From Octopus vulgaris (taxonomy: Eukaryota), in the NCBI GenBank assembly GCA_951406725.2, contig OX597823.1:23126001-23190000 (forward strand): a stretch of 64,000 bases of DNA, written 5' to 3'. Made by a program: the position numbers and the translations under genes. Positions 30,574 to 43,292 of the stretch are shown here, piece after piece. The number at the start of each line of letters is the position of its first letter. Position 1 is the first letter of the stretch. The notes under the pieces are model-generated. The model had not been told where the DNA came from. It saw only the letters and a program-made list of their open reading frames with translations, and did no database searches.

Positions 30574-30984
30574 ACTCTTTACTCTTTAACTCTTTTACTT
30601 GTTTCAGTCATTTGACTGCGGCCATGCTGGAGCACCACCTTTAGTCGAGCAACTCGACCCTGGGACTTATTCTTTGTAAGCCCAGTACTTATTCTATCGG
30701 TCTCTTTTGCCGAACCGCTAAGTGACGGGGACATAAACACACCAGCATCGCTTGTCAAGCAATGCTAGGGGGACAAACACAGACACACAAACACAGACAC
30801 ACATACATATATATATATATATACGACAGGCTTCTTTCAGTTTCCGTCTACCAAATCCACTCACAAGGCATTGGTCGGCCCGGGGCTATAGCAGAAGACA
30901 CTTGCCCAAGATGCCACACAGTGGGATTGAACCCAGAACCATGTGGCTGGTTAGCAAGCTACTTACCACACAGCCACTCCTGCG

Positions 30985-30986
<2 letters not shown>
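30574..30986 (-). mobile_element. SINE family A, full length
   Basis: Reverse complement of the 16491 copy. Confidence 0.85.
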
Positions 30987-31044
<58 letters not shown>

Positions 31045-32642
31045 TACATACATACACACACAAACAAAATAAAAAAATCAACATTTTTTTTATGCCTGCT
31101 TTTTGTATTCAGGAGAGGGTTGGGAGAGACTTTTACTAAGGTCAGATTCCTTTCTTGACATTGACCCCTGTTTTAAAAGATAAGTCATTCCTTTTATTTC
31201 CAAATTGAGCCCCTGATCTGCCTTAGTGATTTTAGTGTATGTACATGCATGCACACACACAAACAAGCATGGGTGTATTGTTAAGAACTTCACAACCAAG
31301 TGGTTATAGGTTCAATCCACTGTATGTTAACTTGAGCGAGTATCTTCTACACCTGAGTTGACCTATACTTTAGGAGACCAATCAGGATGAAGGAAACTGG
31401 ACAGATACAAACTGTGGGTGGGTGAATGGGTGTGCATATATCTTCTCAGCTTGTATTTACATTGACACCACACAGGTAATCATGTTGGTTGTATGCAATA
31501 AATACAAAAAAGTTTGGCAATTCAGCAGTTTGTTGTGCAAAAATATACAGCAAAGTTACTTGAGAAAAAAAGTATGGATTGGCATCAGGAATGGCATCCA
31601 GCAGCGGAATATTGCCTCAAGAAGTCTCATCCAATGCATGCCACCATGAAACACAAGTAAAAGTAACAATGTATGTGTGTGTGTGTACACATACACACAA
31701 AGGGTCTTTTACAGTTTCTGTCTAGCAAACTTCATTTCCAAAGCAGTGACTATGGTAGAAGAATCTTGCTCAAGCTATGACACATTGTGAATGAACCTGA
31801 AACTATGTGGTTGCCAGGACTCTCAAAATGGCATGCTTAACAAAAACCTACCTTGTATTCTTTAAACTGTGTAGCCCATCAGATGATGAGTCATGCCTCA
31901 TGCATCTCACATCTTGAAAAAGGTTGCCTATACATGATCAATGGCTTTGTGATATGGATGGTAGTTTCTATCAGAACGCCCATCTTGGCTATTTGTTCCA
32001 TCAATAAATCGTCTTGAATATACAATGAAGGCTGTAAGTCTTGATACTAGATATTAGTTTGACCCATAAGGAAGAGGTGTTTGATGGTATATAAGCCTTG
32101 ACAGGGATACAGGTCTTAATATTCAGATAATCTGGGATGGGGGTTAACCTTGAGTATTATCAATCACCAACAATACTGTTGTGAAAATTTCCAAATCACA
32201 GATAGATACATAATTGATATTTCCCTCATTGGTCATGGTGTTTCTGAAAGATAAATGATCAATATCTTCAGCCTGGAGTCTACTGAATCATTACAACTAA
32301 GTAGTAACATTAAACAGTCTTCTCCAATCTAAAATCCACCTAAAGACTTTTCTTTTTTTAAAATTCTCTAGAAATGAAAGTGCAGTTAAGGCTACTTTCA
32401 TCTATTTTGAATACAAGTTTAATAGGTTAGTTGATACAATGTTAGTCTTCTGTGTGATTAGTAACTTCTGTTTTTAGATGTAATCTTGATTAGCTCTAAA
32501 TGCTGTCATACAGCCATTACAAGCAAAATAACCCATAACCTAAGAAGTGAATTTTGCTCCCAGCACTATTTGTGCAACTAATTCCAAACTTGGATACATT
32601 ATATAATGTATTGTTTTTGGTCATCTGAAAATCCAGATGGAC

Positions 32643-32693
<51 letters not shown>

Positions 32694-32749
32694 CACACAC
32701 ACACATACATACATACACATATAAACATAAAGAGAATGATTGAAAGATA

Positions 32750-34260
32750 GATGGCCCAAGTAGAGAGACCAGCCACTGAAGTTGACAGCATTACACCTGG
32801 AGAATATAGAGGTAAGAAAGGCAACTGGTCCATCAGGGGTGTTTGCTGTGATGATGAAACTAACTGACAAAGTAGATTACATGCTAATCCCTTGCATAAT
32901 TAATCAGAAAAATGCTATATCCAGTCTCCGACAGAGCAGTATCAACTGCTACGAGGATAAAGGAGATTCAGTTTATGGAAGTAAGCACGGCTGCATCCAT
33001 TTGATTGAATTGTTTAAAAAGTTACTAAGAGTTATAACATAACTGATCAGAAAGGAAATTGAACTAGATTGTTTTGCACTTTGGATCTGATGAAGGGCAA
33101 GGTACTGTCGACGCCCTCTTTATGAGACAACTGCAGAAGTATTTCTCTTGGAATTAGCCATTACTGCTTAGCATTTAGTGGCCTAGAGAAAGCTTTTGAT
33201 AGAGTTTCATGGTCGTGGTTTGATGAATAGCTTGTGATAGTCAGCCAATCCATATGCAGAGACTTAAACAGCAAGGTAAGAGTTAGCAATGAATTCAGTG
33301 ATTAGTTTATCATGTAAGCTGATGTACATCAGGGCTCAGTTCTCAGCCCCCTCTGATATAATATGAACCTTTGGCCATAACAAAGGAGTTTTGGGTAATC
33401 CTGAATGTCAATGATCTAGTTCTCAAAGCTGAACTGGTGAAAGATTTAAATAAGAAATTCCAAACTTATTTAACCAAAACATAGTTTTAAAGTAACTCAA
33501 ATCTGCTTAAAAAAAGAAGACAGGACTCTACTGCCATTTCAAAAGTGATTCTGTCTAATGTGTAGAAAACAAGTAAGTGGGAATTCTATACAATACACCC
33601 CATGTAAACTATGAATACACGAGAGGTGTAAGCTGAAAGGGAAGTAAACTTTATAGTTAGCTGAAAAAGTGCATGTGAAGTATGTTCCTTCTGATGCTCA
33701 GAAGTATCCCTAGAAGTAATTGATAGTTTTTATTACTTAGGTAACCTCATTAGCAGCAGAGGCAGATGTTCCAACAGCAGAGTTGCTAGGTTAAGGATGA
33801 GACAAAATAGTTCAAGGCGTTCCATCTACTTACAACAAAGTGATTTTCAATCAAAGTGGAAGTTAGATTGTATGATGCTTGTGTACAAAGTGTGATGCTG
33901 CACAGGCCTTTGATGCAAAAGATTTGCAACCACCAGAAAGAAATGAAACAAGCATGTGTGAGTTAATATTAACATGCATGAATAGCAGAAAATAAATGGG
34001 TTGAGAGAAAATCTGAATATAACAAGAGTCACTTGTAGTGTGCAAGAGAAAAGACTCTGCAGTATGATGGATGTCAATTATATAAAGTGCCACATTCTCT
34101 GTACGAGAAGAAAACTGAAAATAGTAAGGGGTGATGTCATAAAGCCTGATCTCAAGAAACTGAACCACATGAAGAAAATGCTAAGGGACTGCAATAAGTG
34201 ATGGAATGCTGTGTAGAGGAAGACACACACCCCCAACTCATCTACAAAAGTATAGAAAAG
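32750..34260 (+). mobile_element. Decayed RTE-type LINE reverse transcriptase
   Basis: KATGPSG, LEKAFDRV and VHQGSVLSPL remnants with many stops. Confidence 0.7.
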
Positions 34261-35591
34261 TGTAAAAAATGATGATGAAAATTAGGATGTTTAATGTTTA
34301 CATTTAGGAAGGGTATTTGGCGTTAGGAAGGGCCTTTGGCATTAGGAAGGGCATCCAGCTGTAGAAACTCTACCAGATCAGATTGGAGCCTGGTGCACCA
34401 TCTGGTTTGCCAGTCCTCAGTCAAATCGTCCAACCCATGCTAGCATGGAAAGCAGACGTTAAACAATGATGATAATGATTTAGATCTCTCTAATCCATTT
34501 TCTTCAAAGCAACCTTATCTCTCTCCCATTGCACCACCTATGCAACAAGAACTATCCTAGTTTCAATGCTCCTCGGACCATCATTTTTTCAACTGCTATG
34601 CATCTCTCTTTCACATTCCTCTTGTCACTTTCTCTCCCCAATTCCTTCCTCTTTATCAATTATTATTGATATCCTTGACTTACAATTCTCTCCTACCACA
34701 TTCCCTTTCTCTTCCATTTATCTACCTTTTATCATCTACCCATTCCTATCACTCTGATTCTTTTCTGTTATTCTTTCTTCTGTCACCACGCCATCTTTAC
34801 TCTTTCTTTTACTCACCTCTTCATAGCCAATGAATCAGTAGAATCATTAGAGCATTTGATCCAAATCTGTAGGTTCTGAGTTCAAATCTCACCAAAATCA
34901 ATCATGCCTTTTATTTTCTGGGTTCAATGAAGCAAAATGCCAGTCTAGAGTACAAAAACTGAATCATTTGGACACAATTTGCCTTTTCCTTGCACAAAAT
35001 TGGTGATATGGAGTGGGGTAAATATACATGTGTGTGTGTGTGTGTGTGTGTGCATGCATGTGTGTGTGTGTGTGTGTATGTATGTAGATGTGCAGTTATC
35101 TCTAACACATTTGTGTTCATTCAGACATGCAAAGAACTGTTGCTGTGGAGATAACTTCAGGAAAAAAATTTTCGTCATGGACAATATGCATGTAAACACA
35201 TCAACTGGAATATGAAAGACATCATTAGATCATAGGACACTCATGTTTCTATTCAACACCGCTACTTTGTGCAGCTCCAGAAAAGAAGCAGAGTGTTAGT
35301 ATAGAATAGATATTCATTATCTCCTATCGCCCTCTGTCACCTAGAAATCCCATGTGACATCAGTAAATACTGATAATAACAATCCCCCAAACCTTGCCAG
35401 GCCAGCATGAATCGATCTGAGAATGGCCAGATGTCGAGGATGTAGGACAGCTTTTGAATATATGTATGCTTATATGCTTACATGAGTGTGTGTGTGTTTA
35501 TATGCACACACACACACACACACATATATACATTATAAATATATAGATAGCTAGATAGATACACGTACAAATATGTATACATATATACATG

Positions 35592-35685
<94 letters not shown>

Positions 35686-37637
35686 AGTATACATACTCTT
35701 AATCACACACATATAAATATAGACCTTGCATAAAAAAAAAACAGCATTAAAACATGTTTCCTTTGAAATTGATTTACAAAAACAACATATTGTGCATATA
35801 TCAGCAGCAGCAGCAGCAGGATCATTTTATGCATTTTCAGTACAGTATGGATTGGGTGGTTGTCATGTTTTTAACCAATTTTTATTCAGAATTACTGTCT
35901 TCCCAGACAAATCAGAGGACGATGTCTTGTTTGTACAATTCATTTCGGTAGGATTTCCACCATTGGATACCTTTTCTAATACCAACTACTTTACATAGTT
36001 TACTGGGTAGATATTATCATGTACCCACTATACTCTCTACAAGCACTAGAGATGTTGTCTTTAACAAGTCTAACAATACTTCTGTATCTTACATTACCTT
36101 CATTTATTTGCCAACTACTTTAATAAGTGGACCAGTTGTTTTTGTTTTTTTTTATCATGGCACAAGCACTAGAGAGGTTGCCATGTCTTCGATGAATGGA
36201 CAAAGAGAACATAGACCTAAAAGATCCTTTTCAGTTTCTTGATCATATGTTGCTTTTGCTTGTTTGCCCACCGCTTTACAAGGTGAACTGAATGAGCTTT
36301 ATGAGTGGCTCCAACATTAACTGAAACTGCTTTGTTCTGTGTAAGACCAAATACTTCTCATTACCCTACATTTTCTTCAAAGCTATAACTGGTTAAATGG
36401 GCAGCATGGTACAATGAGTAGAAGAATGAGCGAGGGACCCAAGTAAATATATATTATACATCCTAGTCCCCAAACTATCACAATTTAAATATTCGTTTCC
36501 TCATGGGTAGATAATCTCCAACAGTACATATCAATCATCATATAGTCTCCTTCATGAGGTTCAATGTCTTGAAAGCAGTCTTCATCACTTCATCCCATAT
36601 CTTCCAAGCTTTCCTTCTTCCACATATTCCATCCATTTTGAGCAAACTGCAATTCTTTATACAGCAGTTATCCTCTATATGAATTACATCCCTGCTCCAG
36701 CATGGTCTTCTCTCTTGCAAATAACACATTAGTCTTCTCACATACAGCTTTTCTCTTTGTTCATTTGTACCATCATTCATGTACACTAATATTACATATC
36801 CAGAGTCTTCACAAATCCACTGCATGACAAGACCCATATCTTGCTAATGCATCATATTATACAATGTACACAGGCATCATACTATTGGCATGTCACTAAG
36901 AGAGAGAAACATTTTGATACCAGTAAAGATAATAGCTCTGTAAACTTTTTCCAGCCCATGGTTTTGCTGACTGCTATAATTTCAAAACACCCAGCCCAGC
37001 TGTTAATTATTAGTTATTACATTATATACATATATGAGAGAGAGAGAGAGACATACAGAGAGATAGACACAGATATGGCTGTGTGGTAAGAAGTTTGCTT
37101 CCCAACCACATGGATTCAAGCCCATTGTGACACCTTAGGAAATTGTCTTTTACTACAGCCTCAGGTCAACTAAAGCTCTGTGAGTGGATCTGGTAAATGG
37201 AAACTAAAAGAAGACCATTGCATATGTATGTATGTGACTGTCTCTTTGCATTGACATCACGTCACAGTTGCAAATGAGTGTCAACATAATGCAAGAGATG
37301 TCCTCTGCTTCCAGTATTCTGTCACCAAAAGCATGCCTGGTCATTCCAGACATGCTTTTAGTGACAAGAATGGCACCCAACTATAGAAAATCTGCCTCAA
37401 TATATTTAGTCTGACCCATGCAAGCATGGAAAAGTAGATGTTGAAACAATGATGATGATTATTATATCTTTTATGTATTGTTTAGAATTAGTCCCTCAAC
37501 ACTGCTTGATAACCATTGTTGGCTTGTTTATGTCCCCATGACTTAGTGGTCCAGCAAAAAAGACTACAGCATGGCCACATTCCAATGACTGAAACATGTA
37601 AAAGTTATATATATATATATGTATGTATGTACATATA

Positions 37638-38355
37638 TAGGGTGTTTGGGCTAAATTTGACAGTTTTCAGGACAGGAGAAAAATATACAATATCCCATCT
37701 AAAAATAAAATTAATTTTAAAAAATTAAAAAATATCAACTAGATTATGGCTGGGTGATAACAGTTTGTCCAAAGCAGCCATACTCTGCCTCCACTATTGC
37801 CTCAAGACAGCTCTGGAACTTGACACATGCATTCCTCACTGTGTCCCTGGAAAGATCTTCAAACACTTCCTTGATCTTGGCCATCAGCTCAGCCTTGACA
37901 TTACAGGGAGAGCAGTTGGTGTCTTTCTCAACTGTATCCCACACATGAGATTACAATACAGGGAGTCAGGAGGCCAGAAATTGTTGCTGATGAATTTGTA
38001 GAAATTCTCCAGTAGCCACTTCTGATTCTTTCTGGAGATATGGCAAGGAATCAAATCCTGCTGCCATGTATGGCCTTCCAGCAGCAACCCTCTCCAGCCA
38101 ACCTTTTAGAGTGTTTACAGAGCATTGAGCAGCACTTGTGACATCAGCATTTTGATACCCGGCACAAATCATCATGATACAGGTAACTCTTTTTCAATAT
38201 TCAAATGGCTTCCAGTCCTCCACACCAGCTAACTTTTTCTCAATTACAACTTTAATCTTTATGCTCTCCAATGCCATTGACTGCTCATCAATACATCAAG
38301 CTGGTTCTGGAAAAAGGAGACATTAAAAATCGTCAAATTTATCCCAAACACCCTG
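37638..38355 (-). mobile_element. Internally deleted Tc1/mariner-superfamily (maT-like) element
   Basis: TIRs AGGGTGTTTGGGCTAAATTTGAC / GTCAAATTTATCCCAAACACCCTG with flanking TA; WQQD..PCH and FWPPDS remnants. Confidence 0.8.
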
Positions 38356-38399
38356 TATGCATACATACATACACACAGATATATAAATATATATATATA

Positions 38400-38628
38400 G
38401 TGACGTACATTTGCCATTTAAATATGGTTAACCCCTAAGGGTGGATACTACTGTAGTTTGTAGCCCCAGGAGGACACCTCCTCCAGCTGGCCATAGACAC
38501 AATTGCTGTGCCCTATCTCAAAAATTGTGTCGATGGCCAGCTGGAGGAGGTGTCCTCCTGGGGCTACAAACTACAGTAGCATCCACCCTTAGGGGGTTAA
38601 CCATATTTAAATGGCAAATGTACGTCAC
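38400..38628. repeat. Near-perfect inverted repeat (~105-bp arms, 18-nt loop)
   Basis: Arms 38400-38504 and 38523-38628, about 3 differences. Confidence 0.95.
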
Positions 38629-39174
38629 GATGTGTTGTAGCTACTGTTTATAACTCACTCTGAGATTTATTATATATAGTTTAATGTAAAAGTTGTACTA
38701 GAGTGTATTGAAACATCTTTTACAGCATGAACAGCCCTGATATAGGCAACAATCACAACAGACTGTCAACGTTTGATTAAATAAACATGCGTGAGTGTGC
38801 GTTTATAAATACACGCATCAATGTGTGTGTGTGTGCATGTAGACAGATGCAAGCACAGCAATGTGGTTAAGAGGTTTGCTTTGCAACCACTTATTTTTAG
38901 GTTCAGTCCCATTGTGTAGCACCTTGAGCAGTTGTCTTCTACTGTAGCCCTGAGCCGACCATTGGCTTGCTAATGAATTCGATAACTTTGCTATATGAAG
39001 ATGTTAGCACAAGTACCTGGATTAAAATTACTATTGGGGATGATTTATTCAATTATATTCATATAGTCAGTGCCCCAGCATGGCCACAGTAAAATGAATG
39101 AAACACGTAAAAATAGAAAGGTTAAAAAGGAATAGGTGTGAATACACACACAGGTATATATGTATGTATGTATG

Positions 39175-39496
39175 CAAACCTGGGCACCAAACCGTTAATT
39201 TTTGATTAACGAAGTTAACATTTTCGTTAATGATTTAACTTTTAAGTTAACTTTGGAAATTATTATCGGACTAATTAACTTCCGTTAACTTTAATTGAAT
39301 TGAAGTTAACGGATTTTAAAGTTTTGGAACTTTTTAAAGGTGTTTTTAAAGCAAAACCTGATTTTTTTTTATGATAAAAATTATCGTTAACTTCCGTTAC
39401 ATTTTTAAAGAATTAACTGATTAACGGTTATCGAAGTTAACTTTTCTGTTAACGAATTAACGAAGTTAAATTTTCGTTTAACGGTGCCCACCTTTC
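39175..39496. mobile_element. MITE with TGGGCACC..GTTAA terminal inverted repeats and many internal GTTAAC motifs
   Basis: ctgggcaccaaaccgttaa ... ttaacggtgcccacct, inserted in (TATG)n. Confidence 0.6.
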
Positions 39497-39539
39497 TTTG
39501 TTTGTGTGTTTGTATGTATGTATGTATGTATGGATGATT

Positions 39540-40557
39540 GGATGCATCCAGCATAACAGCGAGGATCAGAAGGACTGAAACAATTCAAATATTACCATGC
39601 CGGAGCTGCAGTATAAAGCCTAATTCCTGACTGCCAAGCAAACTGATACAACTCTGGAGCCTTCTCTTTCACTGAGCTAAGGGTGACATCGCAACTGAAC
39701 TGACAGTATTTCGTGTCTTCTCACTACGTTCTGAGTTCAAATTCCGCCGAGGTCGACTTTGCCTTTCATCCTTTCGGGGTCGATTAAATAAGTACCAGTT
39801 ATGCACTGGGATTGATGTAATCGACTTAATCCCTTTGTTTGTCCTCTCTGTGTTTAGCCCCTTGTGGGTAGTAAAGAAATAGATATTTCGTGTCTTTTTC
39901 ATGGAGCTTGAAACCTGGACGAGTGTTCACGAATGTCTCTTGTGTTATGAACGGGTACTTCGCCCTTCAGTTCAGTACCAAATGCGAATTACGAAGAGAA
40001 GTCTCAAAGTAAAACCACTGCCCATACAATAAAGAACGTTTGCAGGGGGAGTTACTCTCAGAAGAAAGTTTCTTTACGAAATGGTCCAAACATTCTAGAA
40101 TTTCAAGGAAAGCGTTGATGGCTGTCAGAAATTCCGTCCTGTGAGACATTGGTGGCGAAGACCATCAGTTCTGGAACCAAACACTGTAGAAAGGGGTGTA
40201 ATTACCTTTCTGACTTTATCTGAGGATAAATTGGACCTCAGAAATCCAACGGTGTCATTGGAAACTATCAACTGCTGAGTTTGAATGTCTCATAATGACA
40301 CTAAACAAAAATAGAAAGAATATGATGTTAAATTTACTCTGAAAAATAATTTTGTTTCTCGGTACACTTGCGATGAGAAATAGTGAGGTTTCGAATTATC
40401 CTTTCAAAGATGTGAGTGAACTGGCTTCTTCGTCAGTTAGATAGAGATATTCATATTTGAAGGGGCCACGGGCGAAACAACTTACGGTCCTTTGTGATTC
40501 GGTTGATTAACTTTGTGCCTCGAAGTAACAGTAAAATCCCCAACAGAGAGATGGTCG
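39540..40557 (-). pseudogene. Spliced pseudogene of unidentified family (exons 40486-40557 and ~39540-40300)
   Basis: Phase-matched GTAAGT/AG junction; one continuous frame of ~220 codons with 5 in-frame stops after removing the SINE at 39720. Confidence 0.5.
39720..39883 (+). mobile_element. 5'-truncated SINE with 13-bp target-site duplication
   Basis: TATTTCGTGTCTT at 39707-39719 and 39884-39896; B-box-like GAGTTCAAATTCC. Confidence 0.8.
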
Positions 40558-40681
40558 CTGGAGTTACGTTCAAATTTACAATAAATGTCAGAAATGAAGA
40601 GCAGTTTTAGTAAATTAACAATAAAGGAACTCTGATCATTCCCAATATCAAATATATTTTGTTTTATAAATAATAAAATAA

Positions 40682-40837
40682 TTCGATTCACTTCAACATT
40701 TAAGTTTAATTTGTCAAAATATTTTCATCGCTTTAAGACCGCGACCTATTCATTGACAAAATCCGTGGAACAGGTCGAGGTCTTAAAGCGACGAAAATAT
40801 TTTGATAAATTAAACTTAAATGTTGAAGTGAATCGAA
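40682..40837. repeat. Inverted repeat (~70-bp arms) containing a hammerhead-like motif
   Basis: ttcgattcacttcaacatttaag... / ...cttaaatgttgaagtgaatcgaa. Confidence 0.9.
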
Positions 40838-41910
40838 CGGCTTTTGTGTGTTTCTTAAATGGCTTATAAACACCTTCCACGCTGCAATTGTTTTCGTTTC
40901 AGCACATGATCTCAGATCAAATTACTTGCTATGCAAGTACATCTCCGTAATAAAATAATTGAATTATTGAGAATGATTTATGTGGGACGGAGAAGTCATT
41001 TCTATTCCCTTACACTAGCAACTTAATGGAATGCTTTTCTTCAACCAATTCTCATATAAGTCATAGTAAAAAGACGATCGATCCCTATAAATAATATCCT
41101 CTTCGTTATTCACGTATATTTCCTTCTAAATTAATATCCAAGTGAAAATATATTAACTTTTCAAATATAAACTTTAGGACATCAGAAAAAGGCACAAATG
41201 TTACAGTTTTCGTTTTCTGGCTGTCATTGCAGAATCTATTTCCCTGCCAGTGAATTATCAGATGGAGAAAAATCCATTTATAAATATTTGCCTTTCATAA
41301 TTTTGTTGTAGACAAGTTAAAATAAAACTCGACAAATTCAAAATTGCTGGTCTAAGGGAGATAAATCTGCTGCACCGGGAAATGAAGTGTTTCACTAAAA
41401 AAAAATTCTTTTTCAAATATATCGTTTCGAAATAGAATGAATTTTCTTAATTGTCATTTTGCAATAATTTACTACAAAAAAAAAAAAAAATAGAAAAGAA
41501 AAAGAAAACCAATTTGAAGGAACGGAGCAAGTAAAATCCAGGCAACACTTTTCCAAGTTAGAAACTCGAAAGTTATTTCTCAAAGAAAGCTTCTTCTCTA
41601 GCTACTCGAAGGTTACACTGTCGTCAAGGAATTTCAATCGCTTTATATGCACCACACAAACGCAGAGCAGGTTTTCTACAGGTTCCATCTGAATATCAGC
41701 TCTTTATGCACAAAACCGTTACTGAATCGTTTAATATACAAATAGTAAAGATGCAGGTGGAATGGGATACAAAATACTTTATCGTTCTTAGGTAAACTGG
41801 CAGCAAAAATTACGGCATTCTGCGTAAAATGTAATTTAAAAGGAGTGATGAAAAACCGCCAATTTAGCTCGTACTACTACGGATTTTGAATTTTTATTCG
41901 CATTCATATA

Positions 41911-42294
41911 GGCGCAGAAATGGCTGTGTGGTAAGTAGCTTGCTTACCAGCCACATGATTCCGGGTTCAGTCCCACTGCATGGCACCTTGGGCAAGTATC
42001 TTCTGCTATAGCCTCAGGTCAACCAAAGCCTTGTGGGTGGATTTGGTAGACGGAAACTGAAAGAAGCCTGTCGTATATATATTTGTGGGTGCCTTTGTTT
42101 ATCCACACACACACACACATTATTTGACAACCGATGCTGGTGTGTTTACGTTCCCGTAACTTAGCGGTTCGGCAAAATTGACCAATAGAATAAGTACTAG
42201 GCTTACAAAGAATAAGTCCAGGGGTCGATTTCCTCGACTAAAGGCGGTGCTCCAGCATGGCCACAGTCAAATGACTGAAACAAGTAAAAGAGTA
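41911..42294 (+). mobile_element. SINE family A, full length
   Basis: High similarity to the 16491 copy. Confidence 0.85.
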
Positions 42295-42420
42295 CTCATA
42301 GTAACCCTAGGTGCTGACCATGAACTATAAAAAAACTTTTCGCAGCTTATCGAACTTCATACAACCTTCTACGCCAATAAACTATTATTGTTCCTGAAAG
42401 TGTTTTTTTTTTTTTTTTGT

Positions 42421-43030
42421 CATCATCATTTAACGTCCGCTTTCCATGCTAGCATGGGTTGGACGATTTGACTGAGAACTGGCGAACCAGATGTCTGCAC
42501 CAGGCTCCAATCTTGATCTGGAAGAGTTTCTACAGCTGGATGCCCTTCCTAACGCCAACCACTCCGAGAGTGTAGTGGGTGCTTTTACGTGCCACTAGCA
42601 CGAAGGCCAGTTAGGCGGTACTGGCAACGGCCACAAAAATATCGGGGTTTTTTTTTAACGTGTCACCAATGTTGCTTATGTTCCACCGGCACGAACGCCA
42701 GTTAGCCACTCTGGCAACGATCAAGTTCAGATGGGGCTCTTCGCGCTCCACTAGCACGGGTGCCAGTCATCGAATTTGATTTCGATTTCACTTGCCTCAA
42801 CAGGTCTTCGCAGTGTCCAATGAAGGGAAAATACGCATAAGTGGGCTGGTTACACCCCTGGCATAAGCTGCAAGGTTATAGTCTCACATGGCTTGCCGGG
42901 TCTCCTCAAGCACAGCATATTTCCAAGTCTCAGTGACTGGTCATTGCCTCGGTAAGGTTTAATGTTCGAAGGTCGTGCCTCACCACTTCATCCCAGGTCT
43001 TCCTGGGTTTACCTTTTCCACAGGTTCCCT
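42421..43030 (-). mobile_element. RTE-type LINE 3' fragment
   Basis: Same 3' end, plus ORF remnant GKPRKTWDEVVRHDLRTLNL. Confidence 0.75.
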
Positions 43031-43292
43031 CAAACGGAGAGCAGGTTTTGTACAGGTTCCATCTGAATATCAGCTTTTTATGCACAAAACCATTACTGAA
43101 TCATTGATGTTGTTTCCTTTAATATACAAATAGTGGAGATGTAGATGGAATGGGATCCAAAATATCTTCAGGTTCTTAGGTAAACTGGCAGCAAAAGCTA
43201 CAGTATTCTGCATAAAAATAATTTGAACATGGAATGCTGTGCCACCCAATAGCTCTCTAAGTGGACAGTATTATCACAAAGGAAACATGTTA

